DNA of 64,000 nucleotides from Zancudomyces culisetae HAW-14-8 (Eukaryota; Fungi; Kickxellomycota): NCBI GenBank assembly GCA_052426225.1, contig JBNJNM010000008.1, positions 744,001 to 808,000 of the forward strand, read 5' to 3'. Shown piece by piece: positions 47,803 to 59,041 of this stretch (position 1 is its first letter; each line of letters starts with the position of its first letter). The notes under the pieces were generated by a model. It saw only the letters and a program-made list of their open reading frames with translations, ran no database searches and was not told where the DNA came from. The position numbers and the translations under genes were made by a program.

Positions 47803-48157
47803 CCTTTAATCCTCCTTTTTTTCTTTTTCTCTTTCTTTCTCTTTCACCCTCACTCTCTTTCTCTCACATTCTCACTCACTCTCTCTACTCCTTTGGCATA
47901 TATCTTTGAGACTATCGTTTACTTTTATCTCGCTTCGATTTTTATTCCACAACTCATCATAAATCCTAGTTATTAACTTTATTTTTTTTTTTTTACAATT
48001 TTTTATGGTTTCTCAGATAATACATTCATAAAGCGACCTAATCTTCCCTCTCTAACCTTTTCCTTTTCCTTTTCCATTTCCATAGTTTTATTTTTATTTT
48101 TATTTTTATTTTTATAACTTTATTTTTACCACTACATATTGCCTTGGAGAAAGAAAG

Positions 48158-48177
48158 AGAGAGAGAGAGAGAGAGAA
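48158..48177 (+). repeat. (GA)n microsatellite just downstream of the PPR-like gene stop codon
   Basis: An uninterrupted gaga run is visible directly. Confidence 0.85.
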
Positions 48178-48188
48178 AGTAAAATATA

Positions 48189-51100
48189 TTAACTTATAAA
48201 TCTAGATGTGTTTCTTAAAGAATGGTATAAATACTCATCAAAATCAACTTCACGATAAGGATCAGTAATAAGATCATATCTATTCATTAATTTCCATATC
48301 AAATGGCAGGTTTCCAAATCATTCAAATGGAAGAATGCATACATAGAGTAGGACAAGAACCGAATGTTTGGACGTAAATCCCCTTTTACATTACCACTTC
48401 CATTCTCAGATTGGTGATATACATCGTAAAATATTTGAAATATTTGCGATGATCTTTTATATTGCTCCAACAACACAGATAACTTCATCATATATGTAAA
48501 TGTAGTCATATTTGGTGTAGGTGGAACAATCTCTTTGAGGCTATCACTTTCATCTGCATGCACGTTTATACCTGTGCCTTGATTTATACTTTCACGTACA
48601 TTTTGCTCAGGAGGTGACGGATTAGACTTCAGAACATTTATTATCTCGTTAAGCAGATCCAAAACGCTTTTTTCCTGAGTCGCTTTTTTATAGTTAAAAG
48701 CATTGTAAAAATCGCTAGTGATTTTCTTGGTATCATCAAGCTCAGAATCGCCTGTGCTATCATTTCCATCTACTTTAACGAATGCTGCATCATCACCATC
48801 ATTATCATCTCTAGGTTGTACTCCACAATTACTAGTCACCAAAAACATCTTATAAAACAGCTCGAATGCAGACAGCATATTTTGAGGATCGTCCTTAAAA
48901 GCATTGTTTTTCGAAATTGCCATCATAAGATTGTTCAAAGTCAGCGTATTCAGCGATACCCTACCTACGAGTAAGTGGTAGTGCACCAGCTTGACAATTG
49001 ATACGTAATTTCTAGAAACCAGTAGACTTCCTGTTACAAAACCAAGCATTGTGCCTCTTATTACCCGGACCCCTCTGTTTCCCATCTCCTTGTACACCTT
49101 CCATACTTTTCCATGATCTTTGGTCAAATAGTATAACTTTACCCGCTTCAAGTATGATGAACTATCGTGGTCTATCCTCAGCTTTGTTTTCATGAGATGC
49201 CAGATTATTTCAAATTCAGTCGCTTCCCGCTTTTCAGATAATATTTCAAGCAGAGCTGTGAAATTTGCAAGCGTTGGATAGTTGTTTATTATATAGCTAT
49301 ACAAATCTTCAGTTATATTTAAGTCCTTATAGTTGGTGGATGCCATTGATGCTGCTACAGTAGTGATTGGATACCCGTATTTCCCAATACTTCTGCTATT
49401 CAACATTCTTGTTAAATGATCAACCAACATCTGATCCCGACGTGATACATGAGCGGTGTCGTTCTCCTGATCAGGATTCGCATATTTTTTCGTGCACTCA
49501 TCAATTTCGTCTTTGTATTTAACCAATATTTCGAGTGCGAGATACTCAAATAGCTTTGAATGCCCGATAGCCACGCTTTTCTTGTTGGCCCCGATTTTTC
49601 CTTTCAATACAACTGTGTTTTCATATACCCATTTGGCCATAGTATATTTCTTAGTACTTACCAAGTATGAAAGCATAGCCGTGTATACTTCGTCAATGCT
49701 AAGCACATACCTTGTTGCTGTTGGAACTATCCAGCTATAGTAAAGCTTCATAAATTCATCACAAGTCTTTGTCTTTTGATCTTGGTCTGGTGTTTCCATT
49801 GCCATATACTTTTGAATTTCCTTCTCAATTTCCTTCGTTATATCCTCTCCTCTCAACCTGATTATATCTTTGTTCCCAAGTCTTATCAAAAGCGTATCTA
49901 TGACAATGTTATCGCTATCATACACCAATTCTTGTTCGACAAGCTCCATAATTTGAAATACTTCCAAAGCCCATCCTTTTGGGTCATGAATCGCGATGCT
50001 CAAAATATATGTTACAATCTCTGTGAGAACACTGCTGTCTTTTGTTCGAGGCTCTCTGACTTTTTTCACCAACTCCCAAAAATCCCTCTTTATTCCCAAA
50101 ATATCGTTCCTTCCATACCTCCCTGTCATAATCACCAGCTTTGTAATCTGACTTTCCTCTAAGCCTGCCTCCTTTGCAGTCTGCAAAATGGTGTGCATCT
50201 TCCAAAACTTCCCTTTTCTTACCAACATCCCAACCCATAGAGTAATTGTCACTATGTCTGGTTTCATTTTTTTTTCTCTCATTTTCTCTAGCCATTCATT
50301 TGCCTCTTTCTCTTTGTCTCGTAATAACATTGCCTGAATAACTATGTTTTGCGTTGTTAAATTTTCTTTGATATCTTCAAATATCTTCTCGTACCTTTTC
50401 AGTACTTTTTCCATGGAATATTTTGGATTATCTGCAAATATATGCAATAACATATTGCCAGACCCCGTCAATGCACCCGAAATTGAATTCGCCTTTCTTT
50501 TTTTCTTATTCATAACTACCTCGTACTCCTTATCACCAGCATTTGCTTCCCTCATGAACTTTGCTATACTTTCATTATGAAGCCTAAATGCATCTTTCAA
50601 CTCTCTTATTTCGTCTTCAACCTTTCCTACTTCTTCCCTTCTACTGTATTCTTTGATTAACGCCACTCTTCCACTAATTATTTCTGCATCCATACCTAGC
50701 TTTTTGCAAAACTCTTTGGTATCTTCTGCTCGCTTCAGATCACCAAATACTGCATAGGCTACAATTAATGCTTCAAGCTCTTTTCTCATGTTCGTATATA
50801 CCATTTTTCCGTGGCCATTATACTCTTTTATTGCAAGCAGTTCTTCAAATATCGCCTCTGCACGCACAACATCCCCCTTTTTAGCATAAACATGCAGTGC
50901 CTTACATTTTACAAAAAAAACCAACTGCAAAAATTCTTTATCTATCGCCTTGACTTTTTCCCATTTGTTTTCTACTTTTTCAATACTTGTACTAAAACAC
51001 AAGTCAAGAATCTCCTCTACCATTCTGGACCACTTTTTTCGTCCACCGTATTTCCAAATCGCCTCGAATGACTGTTCCAACATCCTTAAGAAAGCCTCGT

Positions 51101-51650
51101 TAAGCTTTATTCTTCCACCAGAACTCTTTTGTTTTGAATCTGTCACTATTACCTGTATATCGTTTGTCCACACCTCTTCCAGTTCTTGTTCATTTTTCAC
51201 CTTTGATATTTTCCCTCTTATTTTGGCAATATTTGCACTGTCGGGCTCAGCACGCCATTCTCTGGTTTTCTTTTCAACTACCTCTTCCAAATTTATTGCA
51301 TTAGAGACCTCGATCAGCTTTTGCCCATCTTTTTCAATTAGAAATTCACTACTCTTGCCCTCCTTGTCATGGCTTTCGGAGACTTCGACTTCGTTTTCTC
51401 CTAATACCCCCGTAATATTTGTATTGCTAAATTTCCGTTTTAGAGCCTCATTTTGTTGAATAAGTTTTATAAACCATCGTAGATTTTTAATCCTGTACCC
51501 ATCGATATCTAGATTCCTTAATGTGCCGACGTTTCTTTGTCCTGCTTGTTGATATCGATTTTTGTTTTTTTTACTTGTTTCTGCGAGGGAAAATGACCTC
51601 GCTACATTAGCTCCTGAGGTCAATACCCTGCCATTATAGCGAGTGAGCAT
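48189..51650 (-). CDS. Mitochondrial pentatricopeptide-repeat (PPR)-like protein, 1153 aa, intronless
   Basis: Basic presequence and PPR-like units, e.g. TTQNIVIQAMLLRDKEKEANEWLEKMREKKMKPDIVTIT, PNMTTFTYMM and RPNIRFLSY. Confidence 0.78.
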   Translation of the reverse strand: MLTRYNGRVLTSGANVARSFSLAETSKKNKNRYQQAGQRNVGTLRNLDIDGYRIKNLRWFIKLIQQNEALKRKFSNTNITGVLGENEVEVSESHDKEGKSSEFLIEKDGQKLIEVSNAINLEEVVEKKTREWRAEPDSANIAKIRGKISKVKNEQELEEVWTNDIQVIVTDSKQKSSGGRIKLNEAFLRMLEQSFEAIWKYGGRKKWSRMVEEILDLCFSTSIEKVENKWEKVKAIDKEFLQLVFFVKCKALHVYAKKGDVVRAEAIFEELLAIKEYNGHGKMVYTNMRKELEALIVAYAVFGDLKRAEDTKEFCKKLGMDAEIISGRVALIKEYSRREEVGKVEDEIRELKDAFRLHNESIAKFMREANAGDKEYEVVMNKKKRKANSISGALTGSGNMLLHIFADNPKYSMEKVLKRYEKIFEDIKENLTTQNIVIQAMLLRDKEKEANEWLEKMREKKMKPDIVTITLWVGMLVRKGKFWKMHTILQTAKEAGLEESQITKLVIMTGRYGRNDILGIKRDFWELVKKVREPRTKDSSVLTEIVTYILSIAIHDPKGWALEVFQIMELVEQELVYDSDNIVIDTLLIRLGNKDIIRLRGEDITKEIEKEIQKYMAMETPDQDQKTKTCDEFMKLYYSWIVPTATRYVLSIDEVYTAMLSYLVSTKKYTMAKWVYENTVVLKGKIGANKKSVAIGHSKLFEYLALEILVKYKDEIDECTKKYANPDQENDTAHVSRRDQMLVDHLTRMLNSRSIGKYGYPITTVAASMASTNYKDLNITEDLYSYIINNYPTLANFTALLEILSEKREATEFEIIWHLMKTKLRIDHDSSSYLKRVKLYYLTKDHGKVWKVYKEMGNRGVRVIRGTMLGFVTGSLLVSRNYVSIVKLVHYHLLVGRVSLNTLTLNNLMMAISKNNAFKDDPQNMLSAFELFYKMFLVTSNCGVQPRDDNDGDDAAFVKVDGNDSTGDSELDDTKKITSDFYNAFNYKKATQEKSVLDLLNEIINVLKSNPSPPEQNVRESINQGTGINVHADESDSLKEIVPPTPNMTTFTYMMKLSVLLEQYKRSSQIFQIFYDVYHQSENGSGNVKGDLRPNIRFLSYSMYAFFHLNDLETCHLIWKLMNRYDLITDPYREVDFDEYLYHSLRNTSRFIS

Positions 51651-52899
51651 CTTTACTTATCTATATTTACAGGCTTTACAATTAAATTACACTCGGTGCT
51701 ACAAGAACAAGGGTAAACAAGGTCAGAATCGGAAAGTTTACACATTCATTTTTCATATCCTTTTTTTTCATAGATAATGGGTGGGGGGGAATGATAAAAT
51801 ATTTTTGCAAGCTGAAATTTTGTACTTCCATTGGTCAAAAATAAAGTCAACTATCTGGGTTAATGTTGAGTTATAAATCAGCTGAGGTTTGGATATTCTG
51901 ATATGCCTAGAAAACGCCTTGTTCTATGATATCTGTGATTACCATCGCAAAATGAATATTGTTGCTTATCTACCAGTTTTACCTAGCTTCAAATGTATTG
52001 CGGAAAATTTTGCTTTGTATTTTTGAAACTGTTTTACACCAATCTATGTTTACAAGCAGATAAATAGTAATAGCTGATTTTAATGCGAACAAAACAACAT
52101 CAGAATTTGCTGTTCGTTTTGAATAGTATGTAGGGATTATCGGAAAAACACTTTCCTGGTCTTCTACTTTTCTTGTTTACTCAATCAGAAACAACTTTAC
52201 TAATATTTTTTAATGGCATGGTGTGATTGATTGTGATGATGTCAATACTTTTAATCTTCTTTTTTTTCTTCGCAACAAGCATCCAGATGTGCGGTACCAT
52301 TTGTTTTTACTATATGTGAAAACGATGGGTTGTATACTTTATACTCAATTACAACAAAAAAAAAACAAAGGCTACAGTTCCAAGTTGATCATATTGTGAA
52401 GTTATGTTCCTGTGTAGTATATATGCAGATTTAGCTGGTGCTTCAAAAAATAAAAAATAAAACTATAAACAATTTTTTCTATCATTATAAGACTAAAGCT
52501 TTTGAGTATATCGATTGCCTTAAAATAACCTGTGTTAGCCGAGAAAACCTAAAATTTCCAGCTTGTAATCCATTCCAAGGTTTGATTTTGTGAGCTCATT
52601 AAATCAAATAATATCACCTTATATTGCAATTTTTTGATCATAACAAAATCTCATTATTGGGCGACATCACTGTGTACCTATTGGCTAGAAGTCATTAACT
52701 CTATGTTCAAATTAGCGCTCAGCGAGTAAAGTCAAAGAATACTCATTATAATCTAGGACTATTATTCTCTTGATTTTTTTTTTATAAAAAAAAATCTTGC
52801 AATCGTAATATTTATAACTAAAAGATATATTAAGAGAATTGTTATACAGCGATGAACAACTGATTATTATTTGCGAAAATTCAAGACGTCGAACTATAG

Positions 52900-55546
52900 A
52901 TGATGGCAACTAATCCCGAGATTTTGGAAATAATATTTTTAAACCTGGGATCAACATCCTGGTATTTGCCGCTTCATTACAAAAAGAATTTAATTTTGGT
53001 CCTATTGCGATTGTTTTTGTTAATAACTATAGCTGCTCTCTCCCTAGTACTCAAAACATTGTTCGTCTCGCTATCTTTTTCCTCGGCCTATTCTTCTCAG
53101 AAACTAGGGATCAATTACGAATTTTGGCTAGCTGAAACATGTATATATGCTCTGCTGCTTTTTCTCTTGACAAAATTTATTTTAACTTCGGTTAAAAATT
53201 CTATACTGGCTATCGCAAAGCCCACCTACCAACAAGTAAGCGCATCTCGATCTACGAGTACTTTTTATAAAAAAAAAAATCTCATCTGAATATTGTGTAT
53301 TATAGAATGTTTATGCTAGTAAAGAAAAACTGCCCTGTTTTGTAAACGAAGAGATAAGCATCGATTTTGTCAACAGACTCGAACATGTAAGGCGTTTTAC
53401 ATTTATTTATTATGCTTGAATATGCTAAGCAATTTTGTATACCATTAGAACCATGATTCGATTGAGGTGAACTTTACCCAGAAAAAGCTAATTCTGCTCG
53501 GAAGCTCCTTAACGAAGGAGTACACCATGCTTCCCGAAAAGATATTTGCCACAAACGAATTCACATATGGCGTAAGTACCTTTTTTCCGACTATAAGACC
53601 TTGCGGTCTTATAACGACGTTCAATCCCTACAATCTTTAACAAAAAAAAAAACTGACGCATCTGATTGAACTCTAGGCTCACTTTAATCCTGTTGCATTG
53701 AGAGATAATTCAAAGGGTCCTTCGATTTATGAAATATACTCACTTATACTATCCTCCACAAGAATGTCTAGAAACATTGAAAACGAAGGAACTAAATATC
53801 TAACGTATATATTAAGAGCTTTCAATGCGGTGGGCTCTCATTTACCAGGAGGTATTGATATTTTTTTCTTCAGAATTTTTACGAATAACTTGGACTACTA
53901 TTATATTAACTTACTTATTTGCATAAATTCTTGAAACTGTTAGGAGGATTTAGGATATCAAACACAGGACATTTCTTTTGCTATACAGAGTATTTCAATG
54001 GTAAATATTTTTCCCAGTTTCCCTTTTTGTTTCTACCTGCATGTTGCTTTATAGTTTAACGAATTACGACCAATACACAAATAGCCATATCAATGACCTA
54101 TGGATCGGTAGGTTTTTAACTATAGATATACAGCTTATTGAAATGGACAGCAATAATTATTCCTCATGTTAATAGGGTATGCTGGAGAAAATGATTTCAA
54201 ACCATTTGTCTTTGAACACAAAAAAGATTTATGATTATTTCTATCCCACAGATTTCTACCCAAGGGGTCTAAAGTTTTTGTAAGTGTTGGAAATATTCAT
54301 ATAATTCATTAACTTGGTTGTAACAAATCGTTATTATTCAAATCTTAGAAATTCGATGTATCTGAATCTTGGAGAAAGTACGAGCAAATTCATCAAGGAG
54401 AATACGGAAGAGGTTTTCATTAACCTGATAAAAAATATTAAAAAGGGCGAATATGAACCTGTAACTACAAATTTTATTTCTCATTTCTTGCTAACCAACA
54501 TATATTTACACTCTTCAAAGTTTATTTATCGAGGTTAAGAGAAACTATGAAAAGCCGATTCTTATATAATTTTGTCTAAAAAAAAAATACTTGTTAGAGC
54601 ATTTTCACCTATATTGCAGACAGATATAACGACAGTGCGACTTCAAGAAAAATAATCTCGGGACCTGGTGTTTCGTACTTTCCCCTATATTATACAAATA
54701 TACTTGCCACAAAGCTTCACAACTGTATCGTCGAACTCGCTCTTAAGACGGATATTCGAAATCAGCTTCATTTAGAACAGCTGGAAATCATGGGCAACTA
54801 TGGGGCAACAATAAACATCACAACTTTGGATAAGATGGAACAATTAGATTCTTTTATCAAAGAGGTTCTAAGACTCACCGCACCATTTGGTAGGTTTTTT
54901 TCTACATCTGAATATGTATCCATGTGTATGTCAATTATGTTGTTGCCAGCTCTATATAAATGATATATAATAACAATAATAATAGTATACAAGGTTCATC
55001 TTGCAGCAGAGGAGTTCACGCTCTCAAATGGGGTTACGATACTTAAAAACAGCCTTTTTTCATATAATCCACACTCTTACAACAGAAGCATGACATTTTA
55101 CCCAAATGATACCCATACTATATCCCCTCGGAGGGGTTTAGCTTCCAAGAAAATAGATAAAGACGTAATTATCACTTTTTTTTTCCTACTTGATACTTTT
55201 AAATATATATGCAAGGTGGTATAAAATTAATGTATTTTCAATAGGTGGTTACCCCCGACAGATTTCTGTTTGGTTTAAACCGGTAGGCTATAACTTTATT
55301 CATTTAGTGTTCTATAAATACCATATATACATCACATATATTAAAGATACTCATTATTTTTAACATTGTTTTAGAGGATGCCCGGCATTAAAGTATTCTA
55401 TTTACCACATAAAACTGGTTCTTGCCATGTTACTTCGAGAATACTCAATACAAACCGAATCTACCAACCATCCTGGATATATCCACCACATTTTCCTTTT
55501 CACTAAGCCCATAAACATCGACTTTATTCCTAGAGCATCGTATTGA
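52900..55546 (+). CDS. Highly divergent cytochrome P450, 12 predicted exons (52900-53235, 53306-53386, 53449-53571, 53677-53851, 53944-54000, 54085-54107, 54176-54279, 54349-54460, 54598-54889, 54986-55164, 55245-55282, 55375-55546), about 563 aa
   Basis: All introns are GT-AG and the phases sum to one open frame. K-helix LDSFIKEVLRL (ExxR), FTLSNGVTILKN, and Cys pocket FGLNRGCPA followed by the L-helix IKLVLAMLLREY. Confidence 0.8.
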
Positions 55547-55915
55547 AGCAGATTTTCCTTGTTAGAATCTCATTTCTCATGTTGTGTATTAGTTTTTAAG
55601 GTTCTCATCACACATTGTAAAAAAAATATTGCGCTGGCCGAATTACAAAAGTATTAGGTTTGCTTATGTACTTTAATCTTTAAACCCTTTCTAGACAATA
55701 TTATTTTTTAAAACACTTTTTCTACCACCTCCACCTTCTATTTACCCGGAGAAGACGTACGTTGTACTCATTTATTCATTTATTTACTTATTTTAGGGAT
55801 TAAATGTTCAAACTTGCGTGCAAACATCATTTAAACGATCCTTTTAATTATAATGATACCTCTCTATTTATCAAAAACATTGGAATGGCATACATATTGA
55901 CTTGCTCACCCATGC

Positions 55916-56512
55916 TTATTCGAGATATTCATCGCGAGACTGGTCCCTCAATGGAGCAAGCAGTTCAAAAACACAATCGTCCTGCACTGGTTTTGCAATA
56001 CAAGCATGTTCGTCCGGCTGAACATATTCAAACGCGTAATGGTAGGTAGTATCCTCTATGCAAAATTTGAGCATAATATAATATGTCTCATGTCTATCAA
56101 GAACAACCTCATTGTACATTGAGCCATCCCGGTCAAATGGGTAAAAACAAATATATTCTTTCTGCGAATTATCTATCTGTGGATCTCCAACCTCCCAGAC
56201 TACCGATTTTATCATCACTGTATTTTCCAGAGTACATATTTCTTTGAAAATATAAGTAGTATACGAGGCTGGGTTGGTGTCAGTGTCATTAGAAAACGGA
56301 ACGAATTTGTATCCAACAAGATCACTTTGATATCTATATGTATTCAAATTTTCAACAGCCTTCTTTGCTATCAACCCTTTGTTATATAAGCCGTAATCAG
56401 GAGTAATCATCTTTAATTCAGCGAGTTCGCGTACTTCGTCTCTACACTGGATAGTTTGAATAAATGAACAGATGGCGATAGCAACACAGTGCTTTATTAA
56501 GTTTCCAGCCAT
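55916..56512 (-). CDS. Uncharacterised secreted protein (about 198 aa), intronless
   Basis: Signal-like MAGNLIKHCVAIAICSFIQTIQC, globular composition with 5 Cys in the mature part, and TATATAAA about 100 nt upstream. Confidence 0.7.
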   Translation of the reverse strand: MAGNLIKHCVAIAICSFIQTIQCRDEVRELAELKMITPDYGLYNKGLIAKKAVENLNTYRYQSDLVGYKFVPFSNDTDTNPASYTTYIFKEICTLENTVMIKSVVWEVGDPQIDNSQKEYICFYPFDRDGSMYNEVVLDRHETYYIMLKFCIEDTTYHYAFEYVQPDEHACIAKPVQDDCVFELLAPLRDQSRDEYLE

Positions 56513-57548
56513 TGTTTTCTTCCGAAAAATGGTACTGCTCGGGTTTGATTTTGTCAAAGCTAGCAAAACGCACTAGAATATGCTTTTATAAAGGTATAAT
56601 AGGAATTGTAGAGTAATTTATATATAGCAAACAAGGTAAACCTTTGAGGAAAAACGGTGCCTTTTTTTTTCATCGTCTTTTTTATTACTTTTTCTATAGT
56701 AACAGGTTCCAAGTTTGGTATTGGTTTTAAAACGGGCTTTTCTAAACGAATATATAAGAACACTGGCTTTTTTTTATATACCTTAACTCATCCAAAGTCT
56801 TGGATATAACGAATTTCAACATGAATATAAACCCTACCACTCTTCTTAATAGGGGTGCTGAATGTGTTGAGCTGTCCATAAATAGATTATTATACAGGAA
56901 TATTTAGCCCATATAGTTTTTACTTGTTCTTTTTAGAACTGTTTATTAAAACAAAGCTAATTTACAATTACTCGTTTAGTAAATTAAACTCTATCAAAAA
57001 TAACCAGACCAGTATCAGTAATGAGAAATGTATATTCTGGACTCTTTGTATGTGTGTATTTAATATTCATACAGGACGAAAACCAGCTTATGTATTAATT
57101 TGACTCTAACAAGATTTCCTGTATGCTGCGCTTCAATTTACCTAAAGTTTGATATTTTGTTTCATTTGATCGTCCCCAAACATGTTTATTGGTGATAATA
57201 TACGATATAAACATTGAGTGACATACAGTTTAATTAATAAGATAGACCAACGTTGCAAAAAAAGAAAAAGACTAGCCTTCTTGAAAGTCTATTATTGGAC
57301 GTGGAAAGTAATAAAAAGACAAAATATAACAATAAAAGTAAAAATCAGTGATGGAGTAATAGTTAAAACTAGAAATATGGTGGAGAACCAAAGAAATAGC
57401 GAATATGGAGGAGTGAGAAGTAGATGTGCTGAGAAGGAAGCTTCAGAGATAAGACAAAGTATGATACTATAAATACAGGATGAGAGAGGGGGGGGGGAGG
57501 GAAAGGGATACACGGGATAGATAAAAAATGAGGCGGGTTTATAGACAA

Positions 57549-59041
57549 TTAAGTGCTGGTTTTATCACGAGATGAAGATGAGAGATCAAAATCACCACCA
57601 AGCATCGCAGCTAGAGCACTTTTTTGGGGATTATGAGGTTGTACTGAGGCAAGAGTAGACCTATGAGTGGGAAGAGAACTGGGTTCGATGGTGGATCTGG
57701 GAGTACCGTTGGTATCAATTTTTCTCTGGAGCTCCTTTATGTAGTCAACAGATTTGCGCAGAATGAAGCCTTTATTTGGCTTTGAGCTCGGATCTTTCAT
57801 ATCTTCAGGCAAGAGGTTATAAAGCTCGTTAATTTTTTCATTTATATTATCTCTACGCCTTCGTTCAACAGCATTATGGCTTTCTCTTCTTCGTCTCTTC
57901 TTTTCAAGAATGAGCTGGGACCTATAAATAAAAAAAACAAAATTAGTATGTGAACAAGATTTTGCAAATAAAAAATTATGTAAAGCAAAAAAAAGAAAAA
58001 ATACCTTGCGTGAAGAACCGATTCCTTCGACTCTGGGAGTCCCATGAGTGCCGAACTTTGAGGGCTAAAGGCAAACGAGCTGGCAGGATTAGTATTAGGA
58101 CTATCAAAGTTGGAGGAGGCGTCCAAGCCTGCAGAGATATCCAAGTGTGTTCCTTGGTAGAGCGAGGTAATACCAGCCCATTCATTGGTAGTAGGCAATG
58201 AGGTGCTGTAGAAATGGGGACTGTTAGGTGAGCTTCCAAGTGGAAGATTCATTCTTACAAAGCGTTGCGGCTGACCAGCAAATGATTGATGTGTGTTGTT
58301 GACGGGAATTGCGGTATTTCGGTTAGCGAAGCTACCGACTGGGGATGCATCAACCCCATCCTCCATTAAAGGCGAGAACATATCCATCCGCATAGGCGAA
58401 TCTAAATTGGATTGAGCCGATTGTGGGTGTATGTTTATTGCTGCACCCAGCCCCGGAGAAGAATATTGATTTTCAAACGTACCTGTTGCGCCTTTCAAAA
58501 ATTTGTTTTCCAAGCTGTGAGACTTTTCGGCGTTGATTGGGATTGCCTGAGTATTAGTCTTGCTATAAGCTACCATTCGCTCATCTTCAGCTGTTGGTAT
58601 TGGATGTGGTGAGAACTTCAGCATATCAAAGTTAAATACAGGTGAACCCATTTGTGCCATTGTAACCGTGTTTCCATCACCTATGGTTGTGCTACTTGCA
58701 AAGTTTTCCAAAAATAGGGGGTTTACTGAGCTGGAAAACCCTCCTTCATTCATATCATTGGAAAAGTTGCCGTTGCTCTGGGTTGGGTGTTGATTTTGAA
58801 CGACATTTCCTGCTTGAAAGAAATGTGCGTTTTGTAGGTGTTGATTAATCGAAAAATGCCCCTGCTGTTGTTGTTGTTGCTGTTGTTGCTGTTGTTGCTG
58901 TTGTTGTTGTTGCTGTCGTTGCAGGTTTTCCCAATTTTTATCATGGCTAGTTTGTGCTCCGTACTGATTCTTTCTCGAGCCATTTAGAGAATTAGCCCCC
59001 AGCCCACCTCCTGACGTAAATCCGGAATTTTGTTGATTCAT
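57549..59041 (-). CDS. bHLH transcription factor, MiT/TFE/Rtg3/USF-like; exons 59041-58005, 57921-57549
   Basis: Spliced exon 2 gives KKRRRRESHNAVERRRRDNINEKINELYNLLP...KPNKGFILRKSVDYIKELQ; polyQ and Ser/Pro-rich N-terminus. Confidence 0.92.
58862..58915 (-). repeat. CAA/CAG repeat encoding the polyglutamine tract of the bHLH factor
   Basis: (TTG/CTG)n run on the + strand; about 18 consecutive Q. Confidence 0.9.

Noticed and set aside
54176-54279. Alternative P450 exon frame containing a TGA (pseudogene or recoding)
   Set aside because: The flanking intron phases select the other, fully open frame.
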